Assembly: GCA_963754315.1 (NCBI GenBank)
Contig: CAVWFS010000005.1
Location: 64,001 to 128,000, forward strand
Source: an uncultured Candidatus Rokubacteria bacterium
GTDB lineage: Bacteria > Methylomirabilota > Methylomirabilia > Rokubacteriales > CSP1-6
Direction: 5' to 3'
Length of the DNA: 64,000 nucleotides
Below the pieces are notes generated by a model that saw nothing but the letters and a program-made list of their open reading frames with translations, had not been told where the DNA came from and made no database searches. Position 1 is the stretch's first letter. Each line of letters starts with the position of its first letter. Positions 9,557 to 18,729 of the stretch are shown here, in pieces. The translations under genes were made by a program, and so were the position numbers.

Positions 9557-10442
9557 GTGCGTCGCCAGCTGATCATGCGACGCCCCTTGCCCGGTCGCCC
9601 GGGCAGCCCCACTCGCGTGACAAGCTGGCAGCGCTTCTCTGGGGTGAACGATCCCAATCCTTGGCGCGCAGCCCCCTGCGAGAGACCCTCTTTGCTCTCC
9701 GCCGAGCTTTGGCCCCTGCCGACCCCCGTGCCTGGCGCTCACCGGCGAGACCCTGGCCCTCAATGCGGAGTCGGTCGAGGTCGATATCCTGGCTTTCGAA
9801 CGACTGGCGAGGGCGGGTGACGCGGCCGCGCTGGCGCAGGCGACGGAGCTCTATCGCGGTGATTTCCTGGCCGGTTTCGCCTTCCGCGGGACGCTCTTCG
9901 AAGATTGGCTCATGGCCGAGCGCGAGCGGCTGCGGGAACTGGCGCTCGAGACCCTGGCCAAGCTCCTCGCGGAGCAGCGTAGAGCGGGAGACGCCGAGGG
10001 TGCCCTCCGGACGGCGGGGCGGCTGATTGCACTCGACCCGCTCCAGGAGCCCGTTCACCGCAGCCTCATGCGTCTGTACAGCGAGCTTGGACGCCGCGGC
10101 ACTGCGCTGCAGCAATATCAGCAGTGCGAAAGAATCCTGAGGCGCGAGCTTGGAGTAGAGCCGGAAGAGGAGACGGTGTGGCCGCCGTCCGCGCGAATCC
10201 GAGCACTGTTCGCCGAGGCCAAGCGGCACCTCGACCGGGCGCTCGCCCTCGCCCACAAACACGGAAGGCGCCCGCTGTTGGCGCGGTGTCACCTCGACCT
10301 GGCCGAGCTGGAACGCGAGGCCGGGCGACGCGAGGACGCCCTGGAGCACATTTGCCATGCGACGACGATGTTCGCTGAGATGGGCATGCGCTTCTGGCTG
10401 GAGCAGGCTGAGGCCGAGCGTCTGCACCTCGACCCGGTGTGA
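9557..10442 (+). pseudogene. SARP-like BTAD activator fragment fused to a TPR tail; N-terminus and central ATPase missing
   Basis: RDKLAALLW, LYRGDFL, FEDWLMAERERL, LDPLQEPVHRSLMRLY, ELGVEPEEET, then directly ..EMGMRFWLEQAEAE. Confidence 0.75.
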
Positions 10443-11018
10443 CGCTGCGAGCGAAGGCAACCCTTCCCGCCGTCCTACCGGTCGCCGTCCCCCGTCTTCG
10501 ACCGATGCAGCAACAGCCGGCGGCGCGGGAAGAGCAGCTGATTCCTCGGGCGGTTCGTCAGCCTCCTCGGAGCGGATGACGTCCGCGGTGACGCCACCGC
10601 CACGGGGGGACCATCAGAGACATCGTGGCCGCGTGCTGACGGGATCCTCGAAGCCGCTCGTGCCAGACGGGAACATCGACAGGTCAAGGTCGCCGATTTC
10701 GTCGTCAGGTCTGAGCGCCTGTGGTCATGACGGGGAGCCGTGAAGCGTCGCCGCCGGCCTCTGATGACGACGTAGCGGACTCCGTCGGCTCGAGAGCCGC
10801 GATGATCTGGCGGCAGAGCTAGTCTCGCCCACCCGTGGCCAGACCCTCGATGGGCCTCTGGCCGAGGCGACGAAGGCGACCCAATTCATCATCCAGGCGC
10901 TCGTCGGCGTAAAACTCAGGCATTCTTCGAGGAGACTGACATCGGTTGGTCCTCGGGGTCTTCGATCTGTCGACGCAAAGCGTTCCGAACCGCGGTCGCG
11001 TCGGCGCGGGAACCTGGG

Positions 11019-12020
11019 TCACAATGCGAGTGTACTGCGCGGCCGCGCCGCGACGATCTCGAAGGCCTCGATCCCTTCCGCCAGGCCTTTCACCGCCACC
11101 TGCCCTACGGGCCTGGCGGTGATGGCGTGCTCGGCTAGTTGCAGCGTGTCTCGGGTGATCAAGATCGTGCCAGGGCGCGCCAGCTGCTCCATGCGGGCGG
11201 CGACGTGGGTGGCCTGCCCCACCGCCGTGTAGTCCTGCCCGACGTCGCTCTCGATGGCGCGCACCATGACCTCGCCCGAGTTCAGCCCGACTCTGATCTC
11301 GACATCGGTGCCGCGATGGCGCCGCAGCACGGCAGCGTAGCGACGCACCGCCGCCTGCATCCGGAGGGCAGCCAGACAGCCCTGCGCGGCGTGGTCGGGG
11401 CACGGAAGCGGGGCACCGAACAGCGCCATGATGCCGTCGCCCATCACCTGGTTCACGGTGCCCCCCTCATGGTGGACAGCCTCCATCATTCGCTCCAACA
11501 CGCCGTCCAGGATCAGCCGCGCGTCCTCGAGCTCGCGACCGGCCAGAAGCTCGAGAGACCCGCGCAAGTCGGCGAAGAGCACCGTGAGAAACACGCGTTC
11601 GCCCTCGACGAGGGCGGGCGCGGCCAGCGCGCGCAGGCGGCGAGCTTGCTCATCGAGTGAGCGCTCGATACGCCGCAGGAGCCCTTCGGGATCGTTGCCC
11701 TTCTCGAAGTAGTCCACGGCGCCCAGCTGCATCGCCTCCTTGGCCGACTCCCAGCTGGCGTAGGCCGTGAGCAGGATGACATCCGCTTCGGGGCAGTGCG
11801 TCTTGGCCGCCCGGAGCACATCGAGCCCGACTCCGTCCGCCATCCGCAGATCAGTGAGGACGAGGTCGGGCGGATCGCTGGCGAGAATGCGCACGGCCGC
11901 GGTCACCCCATCGGCCTCGCGCACTCGATGGCCCCGCTTGCGGAGCAGGAGCGCCATCGTCTCGCGCGGGGAGGGCTCGTCGTCGACCACGAGAATCGTC
12001 GTCATGCTAGGGTGATTCAA
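11019..12020 (-). CDS. Response regulator: receiver + class III nucleotide cyclase domain
   Basis: ILVVDDE..TDLRM..EK receiver; VLFADLRGS, NQVMGDGIMALFG, RVGLNSGEV, AARMEQ, VKG. Confidence 0.92.
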   Translation of the reverse strand: MNHPSMTTILVVDDEPSPRETMALLLRKRGHRVREADGVTAAVRILASDPPDLVLTDLRMADGVGLDVLRAAKTHCPEADVILLTAYASWESAKEAMQLGAVDYFEKGNDPEGLLRRIERSLDEQARRLRALAAPALVEGERVFLTVLFADLRGSLELLAGRELEDARLILDGVLERMMEAVHHEGGTVNQVMGDGIMALFGAPLPCPDHAAQGCLAALRMQAAVRRYAAVLRRHRGTDVEIRVGLNSGEVMVRAIESDVGQDYTAVGQATHVAARMEQLARPGTILITRDTLQLAEHAITARPVGQVAVKGLAEGIEAFEIVAARPRSTLAL

Positions 12021-13356
12021 TTCCGTATTCCTTCAGCTTTCGCCACAGGGTGGTGCGGCCGATGCCGAGGGCGTCGGCCGTGCGCGAGTGGTTCCAGCCG
12101 CAGCGCTCGAGCGTCAGGATGATGCAGGCCTTCTCGGTCTCGGCGAGGCTCAGCTGGCGCGGGAGGGGGGGCGGTCCACCGAGATCGAGGCACGCGGCGA
12201 TGTGCGGGGGCAGATCGTCGGGGTCGACCGTGTCGCGCGGGCTCAGGATTGCGGCGCGCTCCATGGCATTCACCAGCTCGCGAATGTTACCGGGCCAGGC
12301 GTAGGCGAGGAGACGGTCGAGGGCGGCGGGGCTCAGGCGAAGCGTCCGCTGCTGGCGGGCAGCAAACCGCGTGAGAAAGTGCTCGGCGAGCGCGGGGATG
12401 TCCTCGCGGCGGTCGCGCAGCGGCGGCAAGGTGATGGCGATCACGTTGAGTCGATAGAACAGATCCTCGCGGAAGCCCCCGCTGCGCATCATCTGCTCCA
12501 GGTCGCGGTTGGTGGCCGCCAGCACGCGGGCATCCACGGTGACCGACTGCGTCGACCCCACCGGACGGACCTCGCCATCCTGCAGGGTGCGCAGGAGCTT
12601 GACTTGCAGGGCCGGTGTCATCTCGCCGATCTCGTCCAGGAACAAGGTGCCGTGGTGGGCCTCCTCGAGGAGGCCCTTCTTGTTCGCGGAGGCGCCGGTG
12701 AAGGCGCCCTTCACGTGGCCGAAGATTTCCGACTCGAGCAGCGACTCCGGCAAGGCCCCGCAGTTGACCGCCACGAACGATCCCCGTGCCCGGGAACTGG
12801 CGTGATGGATCGCCTTGGCGATCAGCTCCTTGCCGGTGCCTGACTCGCCCTGGATGAGTACAGTGGCGTCGGTCGGCGCCACCCGGGCCACGAGGTCGAG
12901 GACACGCCGCATCTCGGGGGAGCACGCGATGATCCCGGGCAGCGCGTAGCGATCGCTGACCTGGGCGCGGAGGTTCTCGTTCTCGCGCCGGAGGGCCTTG
13001 TCGGCAAGCGCGCGGTCGATGCGCAGAAATAGCTCGTCCGGCTCGCGCCCCTTCTCGAAGTAGTCGAAGGCGCCGAGCTGCATGGCCTCCTTGGCCGACT
13101 CCCAGCTGGCGTAGGCCGTCAAGAGGATGACGTCGGCGTCGTGGCCGTGCGCCCTCACCGCCCGCAGCACGTCGAGACCGCTGCCATCGGGCATGCGCAA
13201 ATCGGTCACGACGGCATCGAAGCTGTCGTCGGTCAGGGCCTTGATGGCCGCCACGACGCCGTCCGCCTCCACGACCCGGTGCTGGCGCTTGCGCAGCAGA
13301 AGGGCCAAGGTGGAGCGCGCCGAGGCCTCGTCGTCGACGATGAGGATGGTCGCCAC
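12007..13356 (-). CDS. NtrC-family sigma54-dependent response regulator
   Basis: Receiver, GESGTGKE, GAFTGA, FLDEIGE, WPGNIREL, C-terminal Fis HTH; GTG start 13356. Confidence 0.95.
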   Translation of the reverse strand: MATILIVDDEASARSTLALLLRKRQHRVVEADGVVAAIKALTDDSFDAVVTDLRMPDGSGLDVLRAVRAHGHDADVILLTAYASWESAKEAMQLGAFDYFEKGREPDELFLRIDRALADKALRRENENLRAQVSDRYALPGIIACSPEMRRVLDLVARVAPTDATVLIQGESGTGKELIAKAIHHASSRARGSFVAVNCGALPESLLESEIFGHVKGAFTGASANKKGLLEEAHHGTLFLDEIGEMTPALQVKLLRTLQDGEVRPVGSTQSVTVDARVLAATNRDLEQMMRSGGFREDLFYRLNVIAITLPPLRDRREDIPALAEHFLTRFAARQQRTLRLSPAALDRLLAYAWPGNIRELVNAMERAAILSPRDTVDPDDLPPHIAACLDLGGPPPLPRQLSLAETEKACIILTLERCGWNHSRTADALGIGRTTLWRKLKEYGIESP

Positions 13357-13360
13357 GCGG

Positions 13361-15019
13361 TCAGGCCGCCGCCAGCGGCAGGGCAATGGTGAATCGCGTG
13401 CCCTTCCCGGGTGTCGACTCCAGATCGATGTGGCCGCCGTGGGCGTCCACAATGCGCCGGGCGATCGTGAGCCCGAGGCCAGTGCCGCCCGGCTTCTTGG
13501 AGAAGAACGGTTCGAAGACCCGCCCCCGCTCTTCGAGCGAGATGCCGCGCCCGGTGTCGGCGACGGCGATCACCACCTCGCCGTTGCGCCGCCCGACGTC
13601 GAGCGACAGGCGCCCCTGGCCGCCCATGGCTTCGATCCCGTTGAGCGCCACGTTCAGCAATACCTGCGTGAGCTGGTCGGGGTCGAAGGCCACCAGCGGC
13701 AGCGCCGGGTCGATGCGCGTGACCAGCTCCACCAGCCGCGCCCGCGCCGGATCATCCCGGATGAGCGCGGTGACGTGTTCCACCACTTCCCGCAGATCGC
13801 CGGGCAGCAGCTTGGGCTCCCGCGGCCGGGCGAAGATGAGGAAATCGGAGAGGATCCTGTTGAGACGGCGGGCCTCCTTGCGCACGGCATCCAAGGTGCT
13901 TGCTCGCTCCTCGGCCGTGAGCTGCTCTCGAGCGTCCAGCAACGTGGTGGCGTTCACGATGGCGGCCAGCGGGTTCCGGATCTCGTGGGCGACCCCCGCC
14001 GCCAGCTCACCGGCCGCCGCCAGCCGCTCGGCTTCGCTCAGCCGCTCGCGGAGTCGCACCTGCTCGGTCACATCGGCGACCAGCTCGAGCAGGAACACCT
14101 GACCGTCAGGCTGACGGACGGGTGAGCAGCTCAGCTGAAAGCGCCGCCCACCGACGCCATCGATTTCCAGCCGCACCGGGTCCTCGATCTGGTCCCGAGT
14201 TTCGAGCGGACAGCCCCGGCAGGGACGGCCGTCGGCGGTGAGCACCTCGTAACACAGGCGGCCGGCCACTGGACCGAAGTGCTCGAGCATCCAGCGGTTG
14301 GCGTGGCGGATGGCGAAGTGACCATCGACCAGCTCCAACCCCTCGCCGAGACCGTCGACGAGCCGCTCGTTCAACTCCTTGAGCGAGCGCACCTCGCTGC
14401 GCGCCCGGTCGAGCACCATGATGATGATGGCAAAGGTGGCGGAGAAGTAGAGGCACACGAAGGTGGCGTGAATCACGAAGTGCGTGGTGTTGCCGGGCTC
14501 GGCATGCAGCCACAGCGACGTCGCGCGATGGATGGCCCACAACCAGAGCGAGATGGCCAGCAGGCGCGCACCCCGATAGCGAACTCCGGCGGCAGAGGGC
14601 GACCAGAAGGCGCACGCGGCCAGGGCCTGGGCTCCCCCAAGGAGCATCCCGACGACGTCGCCCAGCAAGGGGGAGGCCTGCGGCAAGTGATCGGACCAGA
14701 AGGCGCCCAGGGCCACCAGGCCGCCGACGATCGCATAGCGAGGCCCGATGGCGTAATCGTACCGATAGGCGAGCGCGGCGGCTCCGATGAAGAACTGGGC
14801 AAGCACGTAGTCGGCGGCCATCGCCCCGCTGAGATCGATCGTGCCCGGAAGGAGGGCCTCGAACAGCTTCGTTCCCTTCGAGAGGGTGAAGAAGCCCCAG
14901 GCCCAGACGAGGTAGTTGAAGAAGCGAACGCGGTGGGAGGGATAGAGGTACACGAAGATGAGGAACTGAATGCCGAAGGCGAGCGTCGAAATGAATGTCA
15001 GGAGGAGAGATACAGGCAT
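13361..15019 (-). CDS. Membrane sensor histidine kinase (multi-TM, PAS-like with Cys residues, HisKA/HATPase)
   Basis: AHEIRNPL, NVALNG, DTGRG, GTGLGL. Confidence 0.95.
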   Translation of the reverse strand: MPVSLLLTFISTLAFGIQFLIFVYLYPSHRVRFFNYLVWAWGFFTLSKGTKLFEALLPGTIDLSGAMAADYVLAQFFIGAAALAYRYDYAIGPRYAIVGGLVALGAFWSDHLPQASPLLGDVVGMLLGGAQALAACAFWSPSAAGVRYRGARLLAISLWLWAIHRATSLWLHAEPGNTTHFVIHATFVCLYFSATFAIIIMVLDRARSEVRSLKELNERLVDGLGEGLELVDGHFAIRHANRWMLEHFGPVAGRLCYEVLTADGRPCRGCPLETRDQIEDPVRLEIDGVGGRRFQLSCSPVRQPDGQVFLLELVADVTEQVRLRERLSEAERLAAAGELAAGVAHEIRNPLAAIVNATTLLDAREQLTAEERASTLDAVRKEARRLNRILSDFLIFARPREPKLLPGDLREVVEHVTALIRDDPARARLVELVTRIDPALPLVAFDPDQLTQVLLNVALNGIEAMGGQGRLSLDVGRRNGEVVIAVADTGRGISLEERGRVFEPFFSKKPGGTGLGLTIARRIVDAHGGHIDLESTPGKGTRFTIALPLAAA

Positions 15020-15057
15020 TGCGATGCGACACCCCTCTCGTGTGAGTCTACTCGTCC

Positions 15058-15151
15058 ATCAAGGACCATGCCACAGCAGAGTCGAGAGGATCTCGAGCGA
15101 AACCGCGTGGCAGCGCTGTTTCTCCTCGGAACACTGTTTCAGTGTGAAACG
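15058..15151 (-). promoter_or_regulatory. Putative sigma54 promoter (-12 GA variant) with tandem enhancer-like palindromes
   Basis: Minus TGGCATGGTCCTTGAT (15073-15058); TGTTTC-N5-GGAACA (15117-15133) and TGTTTCAGTGTGAAACG (15135-15151). Confidence 0.55.
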
Positions 15152-15192
15152 TGCACGTCGCGTGGGGAATCCTGAGGCAATTCGGCCTATCG

Positions 15193-16017
15193 TTACAACG
15201 CCCACACGAAGCAGGTATCGGCGGCGGCGATGATCCGTCGGATCTGCGCATGCCAGCCCTCGAATGCGGCCAGGGCGCGGGCGACGGTCGCGCGATCGGT
15301 CCAGTCCTCGCGGTTCCAGGTGTCGTGCTCCGTCCACCCCACGAAATTCAGCAGGCGCCCGCGCGAGACGAAGTAATGCACGAAGTGCCCGCCCGGCCCC
15401 AGCCACGACTGCGAGCCCATCTCCAGCCCGAGGTCGACGAGGCGTTCGGCCGGCACGAGGCCGCGGTAGGCGACGCAGCCGGCGAAGCGCGGCGCCTCCT
15501 CGCCGAGCAGCGCGGCGCGCACCGTCGAATGGATGCCGTCGGCGCCAACCAGAACGCCCGTGGTGGCGCGCACGCCGTTCTCGAACCAGGCCTCGACGCG
15601 GTCGCCCTTGTCGACGAGGCCAACGAGGCGGTGGCCGAAGTGGATGCGTTCTGCCGGAAGAGCCGAGGCGATAGTGGCGAGCAGGTCGGCGCGATGCACG
15701 GTCAGATGGGGCGCGCCGTAGAGCTCCTCGCACCGCGGGTTGAGCGGCGCCCGCTGGAGCGTGCGGCCGTCCTGCCACCGCCGCTGATGGGTACTGAGCG
15801 GCCGCACCGCCTCGCGGTCGAGAGACGTGCCGAGCCCGAGCCGATAGAGGATCCGCGCCGCGTTCGGCCCCATATTGATACCACCGCCGACCTCGGTCAG
15901 CTCCGGCGCCTGCTCGTAGACGTCGACGTCGAAGCCGGCCTGGCGCAGCGCCAGAGCCGCCGTGAGGCCGCCGATGCCGGCGCCGATGAGGGCGATCGTG
16001 AACGGTCCCCGGGTCAT
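15193..16017 (-). pseudogene. FAD-dependent monooxygenase (salicylate hydroxylase-like), C-terminally truncated
   Basis: IGAGIGGL, GADGIHS present; stops at FVWAL* before the LLGDA motif, no continuation in other frames. Confidence 0.85.
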
Positions 16018-16152
16018 CTCTCCGCCGCTCTCAGCGGCCATTCTTGACCGATTTTTGTTCTCTGCGCTAGGCTCGGCGCAGCGGTGCGCGGGGGCGGCGG
16101 CCCGCCCGCGCAACGTGCCTGGAACCGAAGCGAGCGGCCGCGCTCGGAGGGA

Positions 16153-18267
16153 ATGACGATGAGGCGGATCAGCGCAGCGCTGCTCGTCGCAGGCTTCCTC
16201 GTCGGATGCGCCGGAACCACGATGGCACCGAACGTCACCGGCGCGCGCATCGTGGCGGCGGACACGGAGCCGCAGAACTGGCTCGCGCATGGCCGGACGT
16301 ACTCCGAGCAGCGCTTCAGCCCGCTCGCCCGGATCACGACGGCCAATGTCGGCCAGCTCGGGCTGGCCTGGTCCCACGATATCAAAGCGCGCACGGCCCG
16401 CGGGGTGGAGGCCACGTCCATCGTCGTGGACGGTGTGGTGTATACGACCGGCGCCTGGAGCCACGTCCTGGCGCTCGAGGCGAAGACCGGCAAGCTCCTG
16501 TGGGAGTTCGACCCGCAGGTATCCGGCGCCTACGGCGCCAAGGGCTGCTGCGACATCGTCAACCGCGGCGTGGCGGTGTGGGCGGGGAAGGTGTACGTCG
16601 GCGCCTTCGACGGCCGGCTGATCGCCCTGGACGCGAAGACGGGCGCCAAGGTATGGGAGACGCTCACCGTCGATCAGACCAAGGACTACACCATCACCGG
16701 CGCGCCCCGCATCGTGAAGGGCAAGGTCCTCATCGGCAACGGCGGCGCCGATTTTGGCGTGCGCGGCTACGTGTCGGCCTACGACGCCGAGACCGGCACG
16801 ATGCTGTGGCGCTTCTATACCGTCCCCGGCAACCCGGCGGACGGCTTCGAGACGAAGACCGTCGAAATGATCGCGCGAACATGGGCCGGCCAGTGGTGGA
16901 CGCATGGTGGCGGAGGCACTGTGTGGGATTCCATGGCGTACGACCCGGCGCTCGATCTCGTGTACATCGGCGTGGGCAACGGCGGACCGTGGAACTACAA
17001 GATGCGCAGCGACGGGACGGGGGACAACCTCTTCCTCTCGTCGATCGTGGCGCTGCGCCCGGACACGGGCGAGTACGTCTGGCACTTTCAGACCACTCCC
17101 GGCGAGGACTGGGACTACACCGCAACCCAGCACATGATCCTGGCGGACCTCACGATCGACGGCCGACTGCGCCAGGTTCTGATGCAGGCGCCGAAGAACG
17201 GCTTCTTCTACGTCCTCGACCGCGCCACCGGCGAGTTCATCTCCGGCACGCCGTACGTGAACGTGACCTGGGCCAGCGGACTCGACCCCCGGACGGGCCG
17301 ACCCATCGAGAAGCCCGAAGCTCGCTACAGCACGACCGGCAAGCCGCTCCTGGTGCAGCCGGGCCCGATCGGTGGCCACAACTGGCAGCCGATGAGCTAT
17401 AGCCCGGTGACCGGGCTCGTCTACCTGCCGGCCACCGACGGCGGGTTCTTCTTCATGGCGGCCGATCCGGCCACGTTCCAGCGTCGCCCGGGTGTCTTCT
17501 GGAACGCGGGCCTCAACCCCGGTGCGTCCACCTTGCCCGACGACGAAGCCGTGCGAAAGGCGATCCGCGCGTCGGCGAAGGGACGATTGGTCGCATGGGA
17601 TCCCATTCAGCGAAAGGCCGCGTGGGAGGTCGTGTTCCCGATCGGATGGAACGGCGGTACGCTCGCGACGGCGGGCGGCCTCGTCTTTCAGGGCAATGGC
17701 CTCGGGAAGTTCGCGGCGTACGACGCGGCGAACGGCACACCCCTCTGGGAATTCTTCGCGCAGACGGGCATCGTGGCCGCACCGGTCACCTACGAGGTCG
17801 ACGGCGAGCAGTACGTCACCGTGCTCGCCGGCTGGGGCGGGGCGCTGCCCCTGTTCGCCGGGGAGGTCGTCACCCAGGCGCCGCGCGGCGGCGTCAATCG
17901 GGTATTGACCTTCAAGCTCGGCGCGCGGGCGTCGTTGCCGCCCTTGCCGACGGCGCGTCGGCCCTTCGACCCGCCCGCCCTGACGGCCTCGCCGCAGGCT
18001 GTCGATCAGGGCCGCGCGTTGTATGCGCTGTATTGCACCCAGTGCCACGGGCATTCGGTCGTGGCCGGCGGTGTCGTGCCGGATCTGCGATACTCCCCCA
18101 CCCTGGCCTCGCGCGACACATACGCCTCGATCGTGCTCGGTGGCGCCATGATCAAGAACGGGATGGTCTCGTTCGCACAGCACCTGAGCCCGGACGACGT
18201 CGAGGCCATTCGCGCCTACGTCATCCGCGAAGCGCAGCGGGAAAAGCAACGACTGGCGACACCGTAG
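16153..18267 (+). CDS. Type II quinohemoprotein (PQQ + heme c) alcohol dehydrogenase, lipoprotein
   Basis: Lipobox LVGC; vicinal GCCD..NRG; WDYTATQ; QAPKNGFFY; CTQCH heme site and distal Met. Confidence 0.95.
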   Translation: MTMRRISAALLVAGFLVGCAGTTMAPNVTGARIVAADTEPQNWLAHGRTYSEQRFSPLARITTANVGQLGLAWSHDIKARTARGVEATSIVVDGVVYTTGAWSHVLALEAKTGKLLWEFDPQVSGAYGAKGCCDIVNRGVAVWAGKVYVGAFDGRLIALDAKTGAKVWETLTVDQTKDYTITGAPRIVKGKVLIGNGGADFGVRGYVSAYDAETGTMLWRFYTVPGNPADGFETKTVEMIARTWAGQWWTHGGGGTVWDSMAYDPALDLVYIGVGNGGPWNYKMRSDGTGDNLFLSSIVALRPDTGEYVWHFQTTPGEDWDYTATQHMILADLTIDGRLRQVLMQAPKNGFFYVLDRATGEFISGTPYVNVTWASGLDPRTGRPIEKPEARYSTTGKPLLVQPGPIGGHNWQPMSYSPVTGLVYLPATDGGFFFMAADPATFQRRPGVFWNAGLNPGASTLPDDEAVRKAIRASAKGRLVAWDPIQRKAAWEVVFPIGWNGGTLATAGGLVFQGNGLGKFAAYDAANGTPLWEFFAQTGIVAAPVTYEVDGEQYVTVLAGWGGALPLFAGEVVTQAPRGGVNRVLTFKLGARASLPPLPTARRPFDPPALTASPQAVDQGRALYALYCTQCHGHSVVAGGVVPDLRYSPTLASRDTYASIVLGGAMIKNGMVSFAQHLSPDDVEAIRAYVIREAQREKQRLATP

Positions 18268-18541
18268 AGCCGCACCGCCCACGTTCTTGCCCGTTCAGGT
18301 TCAGTTCAGCCTTGCACTTCGGCCGCTCGGCCGCCCTTGGCGGGCTGCGGGTCGAAGTGGGCTTCCCCTGGGGAGCGTCCGAAGCCAGTCGCCCCTCTCG
18401 AGCGTCTGGCAAGAAAGCTGACAGCACGGACCAGATTTCCTAACAGCGCGGGTTGCTAGCGGCGCTCCTTAAAGCCTCCGTTGGGCCAACAAGGGATCCG
18501 CGCGCGGTGAGAGCGCGGGCCGGAGGTGCGGCACACAGGGA

Positions 18542-18571
18542 TCAATAGTGGAAACGCATCTCCACTATTGA
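18542..18571. promoter_or_regulatory. Perfect 11-bp inverted repeat, probable activator/enhancer site
   Basis: TCAATAGTGGA-N8-TCCACTATTGA. Confidence 0.6.
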
Positions 18572-18669
18572 GGTGTGGCGCGTGGCTCGCGTCGCCGAAA
18601 CTCGCCGCCCGCTGGGCCATTCTGCGTGATTTCTGCCGATGCCACTCGTACTTATTCGCGTCCCGCGCA

Positions 18670-18685
18670 TGGCATCATTTTTGAT
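18670..18685 (+). promoter_or_regulatory. Putative sigma54 promoter (-12 GA variant)
   Basis: TGGCATCATTTTTGAT upstream of ATG 18730. Confidence 0.55.
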
Positions 18686-18729
18686 AACGTACCGCCCGGA
18701 TTTCACTACGGGCAACTTGGGGGGACCTG

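Noticed and set aside
16153..18267. Lanthanide-dependent (XoxF/ExaF-type) dehydrogenase
   Set aside because: The motif is WDYT, not D-x-D.
15193..18282. 1029-aa minus-strand ORF
   Set aside because: It is the antisense shadow of the PQQ dehydrogenase, in frame by chance with the monooxygenase. Only 15193-16017 has protein motifs.
18439..18486. attC-like site CCTAAC...GTTGGGC
   Set aside because: About 48 bp, weak internal pairing, single copy, and no integron integrase in the window.
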